Positions 32,233-42,836 are shown, counted from the stretch's first letter. The stretch: 64,000 nt of DNA from Candidatus Latescibacterota bacterium (GCA_965222605.1 OZ244960.1:5792001-5856000); one strand, 5' to 3'. The notes: a model not told the origin generated them from the letters alone. Translations and numbers: made by a program.

Positions 32233-33225
32233 CTATTTCACGTAAACAACGGTTTCGTTGTCGAGCGATTCAATTGCTGCGGCAATGACTTTTTGCACGG
32301 CGAGGCCGTCTTCGCCCGAGCCGTCGATGTCTTCGGGGGCAACCCCGTCTCTGACCTGGTGGAGAAATGTGCCGATGCGGTCTCGAAAGGTGTCGATAAA
32401 GTCTCCAAATCCCCCAAAAGCCGGGTCTGTGTACACGGTTTTTTCGAGGTTGCCCGCCGGGTAGAGGGTGAGTTCGTACCACATGTCTTCAAGGACGAAG
32501 CGACCGCCTGTTCCGGCGACTTCACAGCGTTCCATGGGATGCCCGCGTTCGATGTCGTAACTGCCCGTGAGTGAACCGACTACGCCATTTTTAAAACGCA
32601 TGTTGAATTGCGCGGTGGACCATATTTTACGCCCCGGTGCTTTGGTGGCGAAACATTGAACCGCTTCGATATCGCCGCAGAAATAGCGCATGACGTCAAT
32701 GGTGTGTGGGTGGAGCGCTTTGAGGTGATAATATGGCGAACTTTCCGCCGGGTTCATGATCCACATCGCCATATTGATAAAGAGCAGATGGCCCAGGCGA
32801 CCTTCATTTACCCATTTTTTTGCAAGGCGAGCAGCAGGGGTAAAGCGGTGGTTGAGATCAATGCCATAGCAGACGCCCATTTTTTTTGCTTTGGCGACCA
32901 TTTCTTCGCCGTGTAAAATATTATTTGAGATGGGTTTTTCACCCAAAACGTGACAGCCGGCTTCGAGGGCTTGTATTGTGGGTGCGTAGTGATCGCTGCT
33001 GTATTCATATCCGCCCGTGGCTACGCTTACCACATCGGGTTTGCGTTCTTCAAGCATTTTCTGAACGTTGTAAAAAGCGGTGACGCCCAGGCGCTGTGCG
33101 GCCGTATTGGCGCGGGTTTCGTCAATGTCGCATACGCCTACAAGCTCGGACAATGGGTTTTCAACATAAATGTCAGCGTGCCGGTTGCCAATTGGCCCCA
33201 GTCCGATGACGCATACACGTAGCAT
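32233..33225 (-). CDS. Gfo/Idh/MocA oxidoreductase
   Basis: Start MLRVCVIGLGPIG; GEKP; HTID. Confidence 0.9.
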   Translation of the reverse strand: MLRVCVIGLGPIGNRHADIYVENPLSELVGVCDIDETRANTAAQRLGVTAFYNVQKMLEERKPDVVSVATGGYEYSSDHYAPTIQALEAGCHVLGEKPISNNILHGEEMVAKAKKMGVCYGIDLNHRFTPAARLAKKWVNEGRLGHLLFINMAMWIMNPAESSPYYHLKALHPHTIDVMRYFCGDIEAVQCFATKAPGRKIWSTAQFNMRFKNGVVGSLTGSYDIERGHPMERCEVAGTGGRFVLEDMWYELTLYPAGNLEKTVYTDPAFGGFGDFIDTFRDRIGTFLHQVRDGVAPEDIDGSGEDGLAVQKVIAAAIESLDNETVVYVK

Positions 33226-33253
33226 AAAGGTACTCCATATTTGGGATTGGTGC

Positions 33254-34300
33254 TCAATCATCCAGCGTTTGCCGGCGACGACGGGCGAGTTCGCGCAGGT
33301 CGTCAACGCGGTCGGATTCATCGACGATTTCAGAGCCGAGAATTTCTTCGAGTACGTCTTCAAGTGCCAGAACGCCAGCGAGTCCCCCGTATTCATCGAT
33401 GACGGCAAAGAGGTGTTGGCGACGGTCGAGAAACATTTGCAGGATGCGGTCGAGGCTATGCGATTCGGCGACAAAATGCACGGGTTGCATGAGGTCTGAT
33501 AATTTGCTGTGGTCGCGGTCATCGGTAAGTGCAGCCAGGATGTCGCGCCGCAAAACAATGCCGACAATGTCTTCAAAATCTTTCTCGAAAACGGGAATGC
33601 GGCTGTAAGACCATATTCCGCGCTGGTTGCGGGCTTCTTCAACGGTGAGGTCGTCTTTGAGTGAAAAGACAACGGTTCGGGGGGTCATGATCTCCCTTGC
33701 AGTTTTGGATTTGAGGGAGAGTATATTTTGTATCACGCGCGCTTCTGTGGGGTCTAATGCGCCACTGCGCCTTCCCAGGCGGGCGAGTGAAATGAGTTCT
33801 TCATCGGAAATATCCTGTTCTTTTTGTTCTTTGGCAACCAGGCGCGTGGCCAGGCGCGACAATACAATAAATGGTGCGAATATCCAGACCAATAACTGGA
33901 GGGGGCGGGCAATGATGCTCGCCAGCGGGCGCGCATAAACCACGCCGATTGTTTTGGGCAGGAGTTCGGATAGGAATAAGATGGCGAAGGTCATTGCGAT
34001 GGAAAAGGCAATGCCAGCAAAGGACTCGCCGGCTGTTTCTTCTCCCATAACCGCTGTGGCAAAAAGAAATCCAGCGAGGCTGACGCCACCGGTGTTTGAT
34101 ATGGTGTTCAGAGATAAGATGGCGGAAATTGGGCGGTCAACGGTTTGGCGCAAGCGTCGCAAGATGAGGCCAGAGGTTTTGTTTTCTTGCGCGAGGATTT
34201 CGATATGGCTGATGGGCACAGAATAGAGTACGGCTTCAAAGAGGGAGCACATGGCAGATATTAAAATAACAGCAGCAACAACAATAATAAGCTCGATCAT
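33254..34300 (-). CDS. CNNM/CBS hemolysin-family membrane protein
   Basis: SAMCSLFEAVL, SELLPKT, IMTPR, SRIPV, IDEYGG. Confidence 0.92.
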   Translation of the reverse strand: MIELIIVVAAVILISAMCSLFEAVLYSVPISHIEILAQENKTSGLILRRLRQTVDRPISAILSLNTISNTGGVSLAGFLFATAVMGEETAGESFAGIAFSIAMTFAILFLSELLPKTIGVVYARPLASIIARPLQLLVWIFAPFIVLSRLATRLVAKEQKEQDISDEELISLARLGRRSGALDPTEARVIQNILSLKSKTAREIMTPRTVVFSLKDDLTVEEARNQRGIWSYSRIPVFEKDFEDIVGIVLRRDILAALTDDRDHSKLSDLMQPVHFVAESHSLDRILQMFLDRRQHLFAVIDEYGGLAGVLALEDVLEEILGSEIVDESDRVDDLRELARRRRQTLDD

Positions 34301-34529
34301 GGGATTTTGTCTCCTTGCGCAGTTTGGCAAGACTGGGAGGTTTCATCTTTTTATTTAAGCATAAATTTTTTTTCGTCAAGATGTTTGCGAGGCGGGGTAC
34401 AACTTTGGCAAGAGTTTAACCTCTGGCTTGCAATAAGGTATTTTTCCTTGCCAAGTGTGTTTGAATCCGCTAAATTACGGCGTCATAATTTTCGAAATTT
34501 TACGGGGATTATCATTTTTACAAAATGCT

Positions 34530-34910
34530 ATGAAACGCGAAAGAATACATTATAACACGGTGCGCGAAGTTTGTTTTGCGCCGGAAGATCTCGTTCGTCT
34601 TTCCGATAATTTGCAGGAAAACGGCGCGCCATGTCATATCCGCCATTTAATGCCCGGGGAGGCAGACCCCGTGCGTTTGGCTCAGGTCAAAGACGTTATT
34701 GAAACGGTACTGACAGGGCGCAAGTACGAGGTTTTGTTGCTGCGCTCGCAGGGCAAGACTTTTACAGAAATCGCGCTGCTTTTAGAGATTTCAAAAAGTG
34801 CGGTGCAAAGTCACTACCGCCTCGCCATACGGCGGGTGCAACGCGCTCTGGGTATAGAACCCGGACAAAAGGTCAAACCCCCGTCACCATCGCCGTATTC
34901 CATGGTCTAA
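34530..34910 (+). CDS. Small protein with sigma-70 region-4/LuxR-like HTH
   Basis: LTGRKYEVLLLRSQGKTFTEIALLLEISKSAVQSHY. Confidence 0.75.
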   Translation: MKRERIHYNTVREVCFAPEDLVRLSDNLQENGAPCHIRHLMPGEADPVRLAQVKDVIETVLTGRKYEVLLLRSQGKTFTEIALLLEISKSAVQSHYRLAIRRVQRALGIEPGQKVKPPSPSPYSMV

Positions 34911-35075
34911 CTTTCCTCTGTTTGTTTTGTCAATCAGGTTCCGCTTTGCGCGACCTGTTTTTTTTTGCTCCAAAGCCTCCAGTCCCTCGCCTTTTTCTAA
35001 AAAATGTCGCAGGAGACCCGTGCTTGAGCACGGAGAGGAATGTGACGTGATTGAATGTGGTGTTGCATGTAGATG

Positions 35076-35104
35076 TTGACATTCATACCATTTGCAAGTA
35101 TATT
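35076..35104 (+). promoter_or_regulatory. Sigma-70 promoter for tnpB
   Basis: TTGACA-N17-TATATT. Confidence 0.65.
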
Positions 35105-35174
35105 GGAGTATGATTAAGCTAATAAAAACAATAGTTTGTGTCTATGAATCTGCATTGCGGAGGGTCAATTTTAG

Positions 35175-36413
35175 ATGCAATACCTGACAATAAAAGCCCA
35201 TCTTCGTGGAGAACCTGAACGCTTTGCCATTCTCCGTGACGCAATGCTGTCTGCGACCAAAGTCTATAATGGCTTGATCTTCCATCTGCGTGAAGAATAC
35301 GACCAGCATGGGAAAGTCTGTTATTCGGTCAGCCATCTCAACCGTATCGCCCGCGGATTGCCTCGCCACAAGGAATTGTACTCCGATGTGGTGGACACCA
35401 CGCGACAAGAGGTGGGGTGGGCTTTTCGGTCGTTCTTTCAAAAGTGCAAGCGCGACAAGAAGGCACGGCCTCCAGGGTTCAGGAAGAAGACGTGCCTGTC
35501 TCCGCTGCGCTATTCCCACCCCAATAATGGATCCATCAAAGTGATCCACAAACGCGGGATGACATATCTTCGCATGTCCCTTGGCACCACCCGACAGGAC
35601 GGTGTGCGCCATATCGTCTTTCGTCTCCACACCCGCCCAGATATTGACCTTCAGAGGTTGAAAAACGTCCAGATCATCTACGATACGCACACACGGGATT
35701 TCCAAGTCCGTCTGGTGGTCGAAGTGGATATTGTTCAAAAGCTGAGAGAGGCCACCGTTGGTGTAGATATAGGCGAAGACTGGCTCATCGCCGCAGATTT
35801 CTGTGACAGCACGCGGTATCTGATCTGTGGACGTGAACTTAAGGCCACACGCCGATACTGGCAGAAGGTCAGAGCAAAGGTCAAACCGCCCAGCCAGGAC
35901 CATCCCAAGATGTCGAGACGCTATCGCCAGATCGCCCGAAAAGAAGCCCGACAAATCACGCATGCCCTCCATATCGCCAGCAGACGGTTTGTGGATATGT
36001 GTGCCGATAAGGGTGTGGGCACTATCATCCTGGGAGACCTGACCGGCATCCGACAGCACATCGCTTATGGCACAAGGATGAATCAACGCCTGCACGCCTG
36101 GCCATATGATAGGCTCAGGGCGATGATTGAATACAAGGCCGCACTGTGTGGCATAAAGGTCAAAGTCGTCTCGGAAAAGTATACCTCGCAGACTTGCCCG
36201 CACTGTGGTATAAGAAAGAAATCCAATCGCAAACATCGTGGTTGGTACTCCTGCCTATGTGGCTTTGAAGGTCAAGCGGATCTGGTAGGTGCTTTCAATA
36301 TCCACCGGCAGGTATCTGGGGTTCCCAGTAGTGGGCGTTCGGCACGCCCCGTGGTCTTGGTGTATGATCACCATACGGTCCACGAAGCTGCAAGTTCTCG
36401 AGAGGCAGCCTGA
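35175..36413 (+). CDS. tnpB: TnpB RNA-guided endonuclease
   Basis: RPPGFRK, VGVDIG (RuvC-I), GDL, W.Y..L..MIEYKA, EKYTSQTCPHCG...CLCG, ADLVGAFNI (RuvC-III). Confidence 0.93.
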   Translation: MQYLTIKAHLRGEPERFAILRDAMLSATKVYNGLIFHLREEYDQHGKVCYSVSHLNRIARGLPRHKELYSDVVDTTRQEVGWAFRSFFQKCKRDKKARPPGFRKKTCLSPLRYSHPNNGSIKVIHKRGMTYLRMSLGTTRQDGVRHIVFRLHTRPDIDLQRLKNVQIIYDTHTRDFQVRLVVEVDIVQKLREATVGVDIGEDWLIAADFCDSTRYLICGRELKATRRYWQKVRAKVKPPSQDHPKMSRRYRQIARKEARQITHALHIASRRFVDMCADKGVGTIILGDLTGIRQHIAYGTRMNQRLHAWPYDRLRAMIEYKAALCGIKVKVVSEKYTSQTCPHCGIRKKSNRKHRGWYSCLCGFEGQADLVGAFNIHRQVSGVPSSGRSARPVVLVYDHHTVHEAASSREAA

Positions 36414-36534
36414 AAGTCAGGGCAACTCCCGGAATCCCTCGACTTTAGTCGAGGGAGCACGTCGAGTGTATCTTTGGTGTTTATCACAATAGTTGTGAAT
36501 CGCGTTTTAATTTCATTTTTGAAAGGAGTTTTCC

Positions 36535-36912
36535 ATGGCTGTATTTCTTCATACGCGCATTCGCGTGAGCGATTTGGATAAGTCGATCCAGTATTATTGC
36601 GATCACTTTGGTTTTGTGCTAAAGAGCCGTTCGGAGAAGTCGCCAGCGGGCAATCAGATCTGCCATCTGGAATTGCCGGGCAACGAGCATACGCTGGAAT
36701 TGACGTATTCCGATGATTACGAGTTGAATGTGCCCGAAGATTTGATGCACTTTGCGATCGGCGTGTCCGATTTGATTGCCTTTTGCGATGAGCTAGAAAA
36801 AAATGGACTCGAAATTTGGCCCGGCGATTGGCGAGAGACTTTCCCCACAGGTCGCAAAATGGCGTTTGTCGATGATCCCGATGGGTATGAAATTGAGTTG
36901 TTGGAACGATAA
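36535..36912 (+). CDS. VOC/glyoxalase family protein
   Basis: LHTRIRVSDLDKSI, LELTY, HFAIGV, DPDGYEIEL. Confidence 0.92.
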   Translation: MAVFLHTRIRVSDLDKSIQYYCDHFGFVLKSRSEKSPAGNQICHLELPGNEHTLELTYSDDYELNVPEDLMHFAIGVSDLIAFCDELEKNGLEIWPGDWRETFPTGRKMAFVDDPDGYEIELLER

Positions 36913-36918
36913 AAATTA

Positions 36919-36950
36919 AGGGATCGCCTGACTGAAATAAGGCGGTCCCT
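36919..36950. terminator. Hairpin between convergent genes
   Basis: AGGGATCGCCT...AGGCGGTCCCT. Confidence 0.55.
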
Positions 36951-37023
36951 CAAGTTATTTTATTAGTAATTGCCGGGTTTTATTTTTGAAAGGGGATACA
37001 GGATGCGGTGGGATAGATATCAA

Positions 37024-37323
37024 TCAGTCGGATGGTGTAGTGATTACAACGCGCTCAACCTGAATCTCATCGGCCTTCTGCATGACCTGTGCCAAGTCGT
37101 AGGCCGCCTGCATTCGGTACCATGTGATTGCGCCTCCGCCGAAGGCTTTGTCCAGGCGAATCGCCATCTCAGGCGAGATGCCAGCCTGGCCGTTCACGAT
37201 ATCCGATAGTTCCTCGTAGTCAACGCCGAGTTTTTGCGCGGCTACAGCCACACTCAGCCCAAGTGGTTCCAGGCAATCGTAGCGTACTGACAGCCCCGGA
37301 TGGGGCGGATTCTTCATCGGCAT
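37024..37323 (-). CDS. higA: HigA antitoxin
   Basis: [23 protein letters not shown]. Confidence 0.92.
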   Translation of the reverse strand: MPMKNPPHPGLSVRYDCLEPLGLSVAVAAQKLGVDYEELSDIVNGQAGISPEMAIRLDKAFGGGAITWYRMQAAYDLAQVMQKADEIQVERVVITTPSD

Positions 37324-37332
37324 TTTTTCTCC

Positions 37333-37611
37333 TTAGTGGTAGTCAATCAAGTCCACGTTACGAGCATTTTCTCCTTTAAACTGAAACACGATGCGCCAGT
37401 TACCCGACACACTGACCGACCAGTATCCCATGCGGTTACCTTTTAACGGATGTAGTCGAAAGCCCGGTAGGTTCATGTCTCCAGGTACTGTCGCCTCATC
37501 AAGGCGGGCTAGAATACGCTCTATTTTGTCAGCGTATTCAGGTTGAACATATCGCCGATTTCCTTCTTCATAGAGGGATTTGAGACCTTTGTGGCGAAAA
37601 CTGAGGATCAT
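37333..37611 (-). CDS. higB: HigB toxin
   Basis: MILSFRHKGL, PGFRLHPLKG, VSGNWRIVF, DYH. Confidence 0.93.
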   Translation of the reverse strand: MILSFRHKGLKSLYEEGNRRYVQPEYADKIERILARLDEATVPGDMNLPGFRLHPLKGNRMGYWSVSVSGNWRIVFQFKGENARNVDLIDYH

Positions 37612-37695
37612 AAACCAAATATAACCTATCTTCTTCCAGAATCAAAATATCACCTAAATTCAGCATCGATTGCAGAATGACCAGGTCCAGAACTG

Positions 37696-38151
37696 ATGTT
37701 ACCCAATTTAACTGTGCGTCCAGCGCGGGTTTCTGATAGAAAAGCACTTAATGAATTAGTAAAAATGATTGGACCGCAATGCGTTATGGAGTTGCCGGGC
37801 GGGCACGTGTCCATAGATGTGGAGCAGATACTTGTGGCCGTGCAGAGCGATCAGGTGATTGGATTTGTGGCATGGCATCAAGATGAGATGCAGGCCGCGA
37901 TTGTGGGGCTTGGGGTGTGTGATACGCATCGGCGCTTTGGCGTGGCAACGCAGTTGGTCAACGCGCTGACTGAGCATTTGCGGGAGGCGGGGTTGCGGTT
38001 GTTGGAAGTGGTTGTGCCCGGCGATGGGGTAGGCGCGATGGCCGTTTTTGAATCGGTAGGGTTCAGGCGGCTGGGGCGCAGTGCTACTGGTGCGTTTACT
38101 TTTGAATATCGCTTGTGGGGACGCAGAAATCGGGCAGATGGATTTGCGTGA
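37696..38151 (+). CDS. GNAT-family acetyltransferase
   Basis: VRPA..SD, V...HRRFGVATQL, FESVGF. Confidence 0.8.
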   Translation: MLPNLTVRPARVSDRKALNELVKMIGPQCVMELPGGHVSIDVEQILVAVQSDQVIGFVAWHQDEMQAAIVGLGVCDTHRRFGVATQLVNALTEHLREAGLRLLEVVVPGDGVGAMAVFESVGFRRLGRSATGAFTFEYRLWGRRNRADGFA

Positions 38152-38203
38152 TCTGTTATTAGTTTGGGAGCAATGTCAGGCAGGTGATTGAGAAAGGTGG
38201 ATT

Positions 38204-40159
38204 ATGGCCGAAGTACAAACCTCAAATACAACAGATGTAGCAACGCGCGAGGGTATTACGCTCAGGGCTGTTCTTTTTGGTATGGTCGTGGTGCTGTGGA
38301 TTGCGTTTTGGAATACGCATGCCGAGTATCTCGCCCATACATCGCGTATGAATATCAGCCATTTTCCAATGGTATTGTTGTGTACCTATGTGCTGGTGGT
38401 GTTGCTGAATCAGTTGGTGCGCTGGATAAAGCCTCGATATGCGCTGTGTCAAACCGAGTTGCTGATGGTGTTGGCGATGGGGCTTTTGGGTGCGGCCATT
38501 CCCGCTTATGGTTTGACGAGTTTTTTTCTGGGCATGATTTCGGTGCCGCATTATCTGGCGACGCCCGAAAATCAATGGTCGGAATTTGTCCATCCCCATT
38601 TGCCCGATTGGCTGGTGCCGAGCAATGAAGGCCACGCCATGCAATGGCTTTACGAGGGCCTGCCTGCGGGACAATCCATTCCCTGGGATGTGTGGGTTGT
38701 TCCGCTGTTCTGGTGGTTGAGCGTTATTGCAGCCATTGTTCTGGCGTCTATCGCGCTTTCAAGTATGTTGCGAAAACAGTGGTCTGAGCACGAGCGCGTG
38801 GCCTATCCCGTGCTCGGTCCTCCGGTAGAACTGGCCTCGGCTGCCGACGCGCCAAAGCGGGAAGGCATTTTGTACAATCGGTTGTTCTGGATTGGATGCG
38901 GCCTGATTTTTTTTGTTAAAGCGTGGAATATTTTGTCGTATTTCAACCCCGGTATTCCCATTATCTGGTTGGGACAGCAGTGGTTTTATTTTGCCCGATT
39001 TTATCCGCCGCAGCATACAGGGGTGAATTTTTTTACCATTGGCTTTGCGTATTTTGCCAATGTGGATGTGTTGTTTTCCATTCTGGTATTTCATGTTCTA
39101 TACCTCAATGAGATTGCTTTTTTTCGTCGAATTGGGTTCACATTGACGGCCAAAACGGGTCCCGGCGATGCGGTGGCTGGGCTGCAAAGTGCCGGTGCAT
39201 TTATTGCTCTGGTCTTCTGGACATTTTGGACGGCGCGGTTGCATTTGAAGGATGTGTTTCGCAAGGCGTTATGGGGCGACGATACGGTGGATGATTCGGA
39301 TGAGTTGATGTCGCATCGCATGGCGGTTATTTCGCTTGGGGTCAGCGTGTTGTTCTTGCTGTTGTGGCTGCGTACTATGGGATTGGAATGGAATTTTGCG
39401 TGTCTGTTAACCCTGGGTTTATTCATCGCTTATGTTGGGCTTGCCCGTGTGATTGCCGAAACCGGCGTGGTGTATATGAGCATGCCTATCAGCGAGGCCG
39501 GTTTCGCAGATCTGTTTTTTCATCCGGCAGATTATTCGGCGGGTGCGAGAACTTCGATCACGCTGTTTTCTGCCTTGCGTTGCCAGAGCAAGGCAATGTT
39601 TATGGTGCCTCTGGTTCACGTTGCCAGGTTGGGCGAGTTGATCCAGCAGCAAAAGGGGCGTTTGTTGATGACCGTGCTTTTGACACTCATCGTTGGGATC
39701 GGTGGGACGGTGATTCTGACGCTTTTTTTGAGTTATACACACGGCGCGTATAATTTTAATGATCTTCCTTTTACGCGCTATCCGCCGCGGGTGTACGACG
39801 GTCTGGTCAACGCCTTAAAAGAAGTGCCCGAATACAAACCCGAACGCTATTTGTTTATCGGTGCTGGAGCACTCATTTTTAGTGTTATGAGTTTTTTGCG
39901 GTATCGCTTTACATGGTGGCCCCTGCATCAGATTGGGATGATTGTGCCGGTTGGTCACGCGATGCATTCGACTATGTCTATTTTGATTGCGTGGAGCGCC
40001 AAAGCTATTATTCTTCGCATTGGGGGAGCTTCGCTTTATCGGCGCAGTCGGCCCTTTTTTGTCGGGATGCTGGTGGGCTATGGGCTTGCCGTGTTCACGT
40101 CCTATGTGGTGGATCAGATTTGGTTTCCCGGGCGGGGGCATCACATGCATTCGTGGTAG
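38204..40159 (+). CDS. Large polytopic membrane protein (DUF6785/DUF6784-like, putative transporter)
   Basis: Many TM segments; ATPENQW, RKQW...ER..YP, WWPLH, PFFVGML.G. Confidence 0.7.
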   Translation: MAEVQTSNTTDVATREGITLRAVLFGMVVVLWIAFWNTHAEYLAHTSRMNISHFPMVLLCTYVLVVLLNQLVRWIKPRYALCQTELLMVLAMGLLGAAIPAYGLTSFFLGMISVPHYLATPENQWSEFVHPHLPDWLVPSNEGHAMQWLYEGLPAGQSIPWDVWVVPLFWWLSVIAAIVLASIALSSMLRKQWSEHERVAYPVLGPPVELASAADAPKREGILYNRLFWIGCGLIFFVKAWNILSYFNPGIPIIWLGQQWFYFARFYPPQHTGVNFFTIGFAYFANVDVLFSILVFHVLYLNEIAFFRRIGFTLTAKTGPGDAVAGLQSAGAFIALVFWTFWTARLHLKDVFRKALWGDDTVDDSDELMSHRMAVISLGVSVLFLLLWLRTMGLEWNFACLLTLGLFIAYVGLARVIAETGVVYMSMPISEAGFADLFFHPADYSAGARTSITLFSALRCQSKAMFMVPLVHVARLGELIQQQKGRLLMTVLLTLIVGIGGTVILTLFLSYTHGAYNFNDLPFTRYPPRVYDGLVNALKEVPEYKPERYLFIGAGALIFSVMSFLRYRFTWWPLHQIGMIVPVGHAMHSTMSILIAWSAKAIILRIGGASLYRRSRPFFVGMLVGYGLAVFTSYVVDQIWFPGRGHHMHSW

Positions 40160-40178
40160 AGGATGTGCATGAACAAAA

Positions 40179-41633
40179 ATGGGGGAGGATGTGAGCAGTC
40201 AATCTCTGGCAACACGAGCGGTGCGCGGTGCGTTTTGGACCAGTGGCGGGTTGGGCGTGCATCTAATCGTGACACTGATTTTTTTTCGGATTCTAAATCT
40301 GGAAGATATGGGGTATTTCATCTGGGCACAGCGCGTTTTAATTTTGTTCCAGATGGTTGGTGTATTGGGTTTAAATGATGCCCTGGTAAAATACCAGAAT
40401 GCCTCTCGCGTCCACATTTCTTCTGCTTTTTGGACCTGTCTTTTTGTGGGCGTGGTGCTTTTTGCCGGGTTTATTGCAAGTGAGTGGCTTCTGATTATCT
40501 GGTTGGGGAGAACGCCGAATATTGCGGCGTTTTTTGATATTGCAAAACCCATGGCTTTGATCATTCCCCTTGCATCTGTTTCGGGCATTGTGAAAGCGAT
40601 TCTGGCTCGGGAATTGCGCTTTCAATCCATAGCAATAAGTGAAATGGCCGCTGCGTTGATTGCGGCAATTGTTGGCATTGGCCTTCTCGTTGGTGGTTGG
40701 GGCATAAAAAGTGCGGTTTGGAATACAATAGCGAGAGAGATTGCATTGTTGGGCGGTTTGTGGATTGCCGCTGCCTGGATGCCGTCGCTGTCGTTTAGTT
40801 GGGCAAAGCTGAAGGATCTCCTGCCATTTGGATTCAATGTTTCTGGCGCGAATCTGCTCAACAATATCAACAATAATCTGGACAAGGTCTATTTTGTTCC
40901 CGTTTTACTGGGGCCTGTTGCTGCGGGTATGTACGCTTTTGCCTATCAATACACTATGGTTCCATTGAATCGGGCAAGTGTTGTGCTTACGCGGGTAATT
41001 TTTCCGGCTTTTTCCGTGGTGCAGAGCGATAATCGGACTTTGCGACGGGGATATACGCGCACTATTACTGCGATTGCCCTTTTGGCCTGGCCCGCGCTCA
41101 TAGGTGGTTTTATTTATGGGCGAGAGATTTTGTTGTTCGTAAAAGGCGAGGAGATATTGCCGGCTCTTAATTCACTCAGGCTGTTGGTTTTAGCTGGTAT
41201 GCTTAAAGCTGTGGGTACGGTTGTGGGGTCAGTTTTTCTCGCCAAAGGAAAGGCAGACTGGTCATTCCGATGGACGCTTGTAAATCTGATTGTTTTCGTA
41301 CCCGCGCTCTATTGGGGGGTGCGCTATGGTATCGATGGGATCGCCGCCGTGCTTTCAGCGGCTGCTGCGTTATTTCTCGTGGTTACGCAAATACTGGTCA
41401 ACCGTTTGATCAATCTGCGAATGGCCAATTATTTGAAATCATTTGTTCGACCATTGCTGACAACGCTATTGGTCGCCGCTGCGCTGGTTGCGGTTCGTTT
41501 ATTGACCGATCTGGGGCTTGTTGAAACTCTGTTGTTGGGAGGAGTGATTGGGAGCATTGCCTATGCTATTGCTGTTCGTTTGTTTGCGTGGGCATTTGTG
41601 ATGCGGTTCTGGCGTGATTTCCGGGGGCAATAG
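40179..41633 (+). CDS. Polysaccharide flippase (WzxC/MATE-like)
   Basis: RAVRGAFW, L.REL.F, LLG..AAG.Y, FPAFS. Confidence 0.85.
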   Translation: MGEDVSSQSLATRAVRGAFWTSGGLGVHLIVTLIFFRILNLEDMGYFIWAQRVLILFQMVGVLGLNDALVKYQNASRVHISSAFWTCLFVGVVLFAGFIASEWLLIIWLGRTPNIAAFFDIAKPMALIIPLASVSGIVKAILARELRFQSIAISEMAAALIAAIVGIGLLVGGWGIKSAVWNTIAREIALLGGLWIAAAWMPSLSFSWAKLKDLLPFGFNVSGANLLNNINNNLDKVYFVPVLLGPVAAGMYAFAYQYTMVPLNRASVVLTRVIFPAFSVVQSDNRTLRRGYTRTITAIALLAWPALIGGFIYGREILLFVKGEEILPALNSLRLLVLAGMLKAVGTVVGSVFLAKGKADWSFRWTLVNLIVFVPALYWGVRYGIDGIAAVLSAAAALFLVVTQILVNRLINLRMANYLKSFVRPLLTTLLVAAALVAVRLLTDLGLVETLLLGGVIGSIAYAIAVRLFAWAFVMRFWRDFRGQ

Positions 41634-41733
41634 ATCAAAAAATAGGCTCGAAATTGTGATTGTGTTGTCATCTACTTCATGGCATAATGCAAGCGTTCGG
41701 CTGTAAAATGGGATTGTGAATAGGAGGTGCGTT

Positions 41734-42816
41734 TTGAAAACCTATCGCGTGGGCATTATTGGATTGGGACGAATGGGTAGCACCATTGACGATGAAGGGC
41801 ATGCTGTAAAACCGTATTCTATTGCGGCCTGTTGTGAGGTGATAGATCAACTCGAACTGGTCGCTGGCTCCGATTTGCAGGCAGATAAGCGGGCAGCTTT
41901 TACCCGGCGATGGGGTGTGGAGGCTGTGTACGAAGATTATCTGGAGATGGTGGATCGAGAGTCGCTCGATCTGGTGGCGGTGTGTACAACCGCATCGGGT
42001 TTGTTTAAGCCTGCCCATGAAGCACCCGATGCCAATTTCAGGGGCGATTCGCATGCGGATTTAACCGTGAGCCTTGCCAATGCTGGGGTGCCGATGTTGT
42101 ATGTGGAGAAGGCCATGGCGAGTTCAATAGCGCGGGCAGATGAGATTTTGGAAGCGGTACGAGCAAATGGCACTGTGTTTAATACGGGTGTTTTGAGACG
42201 ATTTAACGAAAGTTATCACACGGTGCGACGCGCAATTGCCGAGGGTGAAATTGGGGAACCCAAAGCAGCTGTTCACTACGCGGCCTCGTCTTTGATGCAC
42301 GGGCATATCCACTCCATAGATACGCTTTCTTTTTTGCTGGGTGACCCGGAGATTGAAGCGGTGCGGGGTGAATTGTTGCCACGAGATTTTGCGATTGAGA
42401 ACAATCACATTGCTTTTGATCCGAGCGCGACTTTTCAATTGCGATTTGAAAATGGCATAGAAGCCTGGTCGGTACCCGCTGGTGGGTGGGAATTTGAGGT
42501 GATAGGGACAAAAGGGTGCATCCGGTCGATTAATAACGGCGATGGCATAAAGCTGAGAAAAACTGGTACTATGGTCGGCAAACGCCAGGGATGGGATGAT
42601 GCGGAGGTCGCGCCTGTTGTGCCCAAAAGCCATGTGGTGTCGTGTCTCGAGGATTTGATAGACGCTTATGAGCAAGGGCGTCCAACGCTGGGGCATGTGG
42701 AGGTCGCTCATCACATCACTGAGGCTTGTATTGCTGTGGCAGAGAGCCATCGTCGGGGGAGTGCGTGGGTAAATCTGCCGCTAGAAGAAAGGGATTTGTA
42801 CATCTTTCACGTTTAA
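41734..42816 (+). CDS. Gfo/Idh/MocA oxidoreductase
   Basis: IIGLGRMG, VEKAMA; TTG start after AGGAGG. Confidence 0.88.
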   Translation: MKTYRVGIIGLGRMGSTIDDEGHAVKPYSIAACCEVIDQLELVAGSDLQADKRAAFTRRWGVEAVYEDYLEMVDRESLDLVAVCTTASGLFKPAHEAPDANFRGDSHADLTVSLANAGVPMLYVEKAMASSIARADEILEAVRANGTVFNTGVLRRFNESYHTVRRAIAEGEIGEPKAAVHYAASSLMHGHIHSIDTLSFLLGDPEIEAVRGELLPRDFAIENNHIAFDPSATFQLRFENGIEAWSVPAGGWEFEVIGTKGCIRSINNGDGIKLRKTGTMVGKRQGWDDAEVAPVVPKSHVVSCLEDLIDAYEQGRPTLGHVEVAHHITEACIAVAESHRRGSAWVNLPLEERDLYIFHV

Positions 42817-42836
42817 GCCATTATTGGGAGCAGACC

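Larger units (their letters stand above)
35006..36465 (+). mobile_element. IS200/IS605-family element carrying tnpB only (IS1341-like)
   Basis: Left hairpin CCGTGC-TTGA-GCACGG inside GTCGCA...TGTGAC; right end GAAT-CCCTCGAC-TTTA-GTCGAGGG-AGCACG-TCGA; no tnpA; left boundary approximate. Confidence 0.85.

Noticed and set aside
33226-33672. N-terminal extension of the 479-aa ORF
   Set aside because: Overlaps the CNNM gene in another frame; the real start is MLRVCVIG at 33225
35142-36236. 364-aa minus-strand ORF
   Set aside because: Antisense to tnpB; not a TnpA (no HUH motif)
34530-36413. Sigma-factor plus nuclease-dead TnpB/Cas12f transcription-activation system
   Set aside because: TnpB keeps its RuvC acidic residues and both IS ends, and the HTH protein lacks sigma region 2 and lies outside the element
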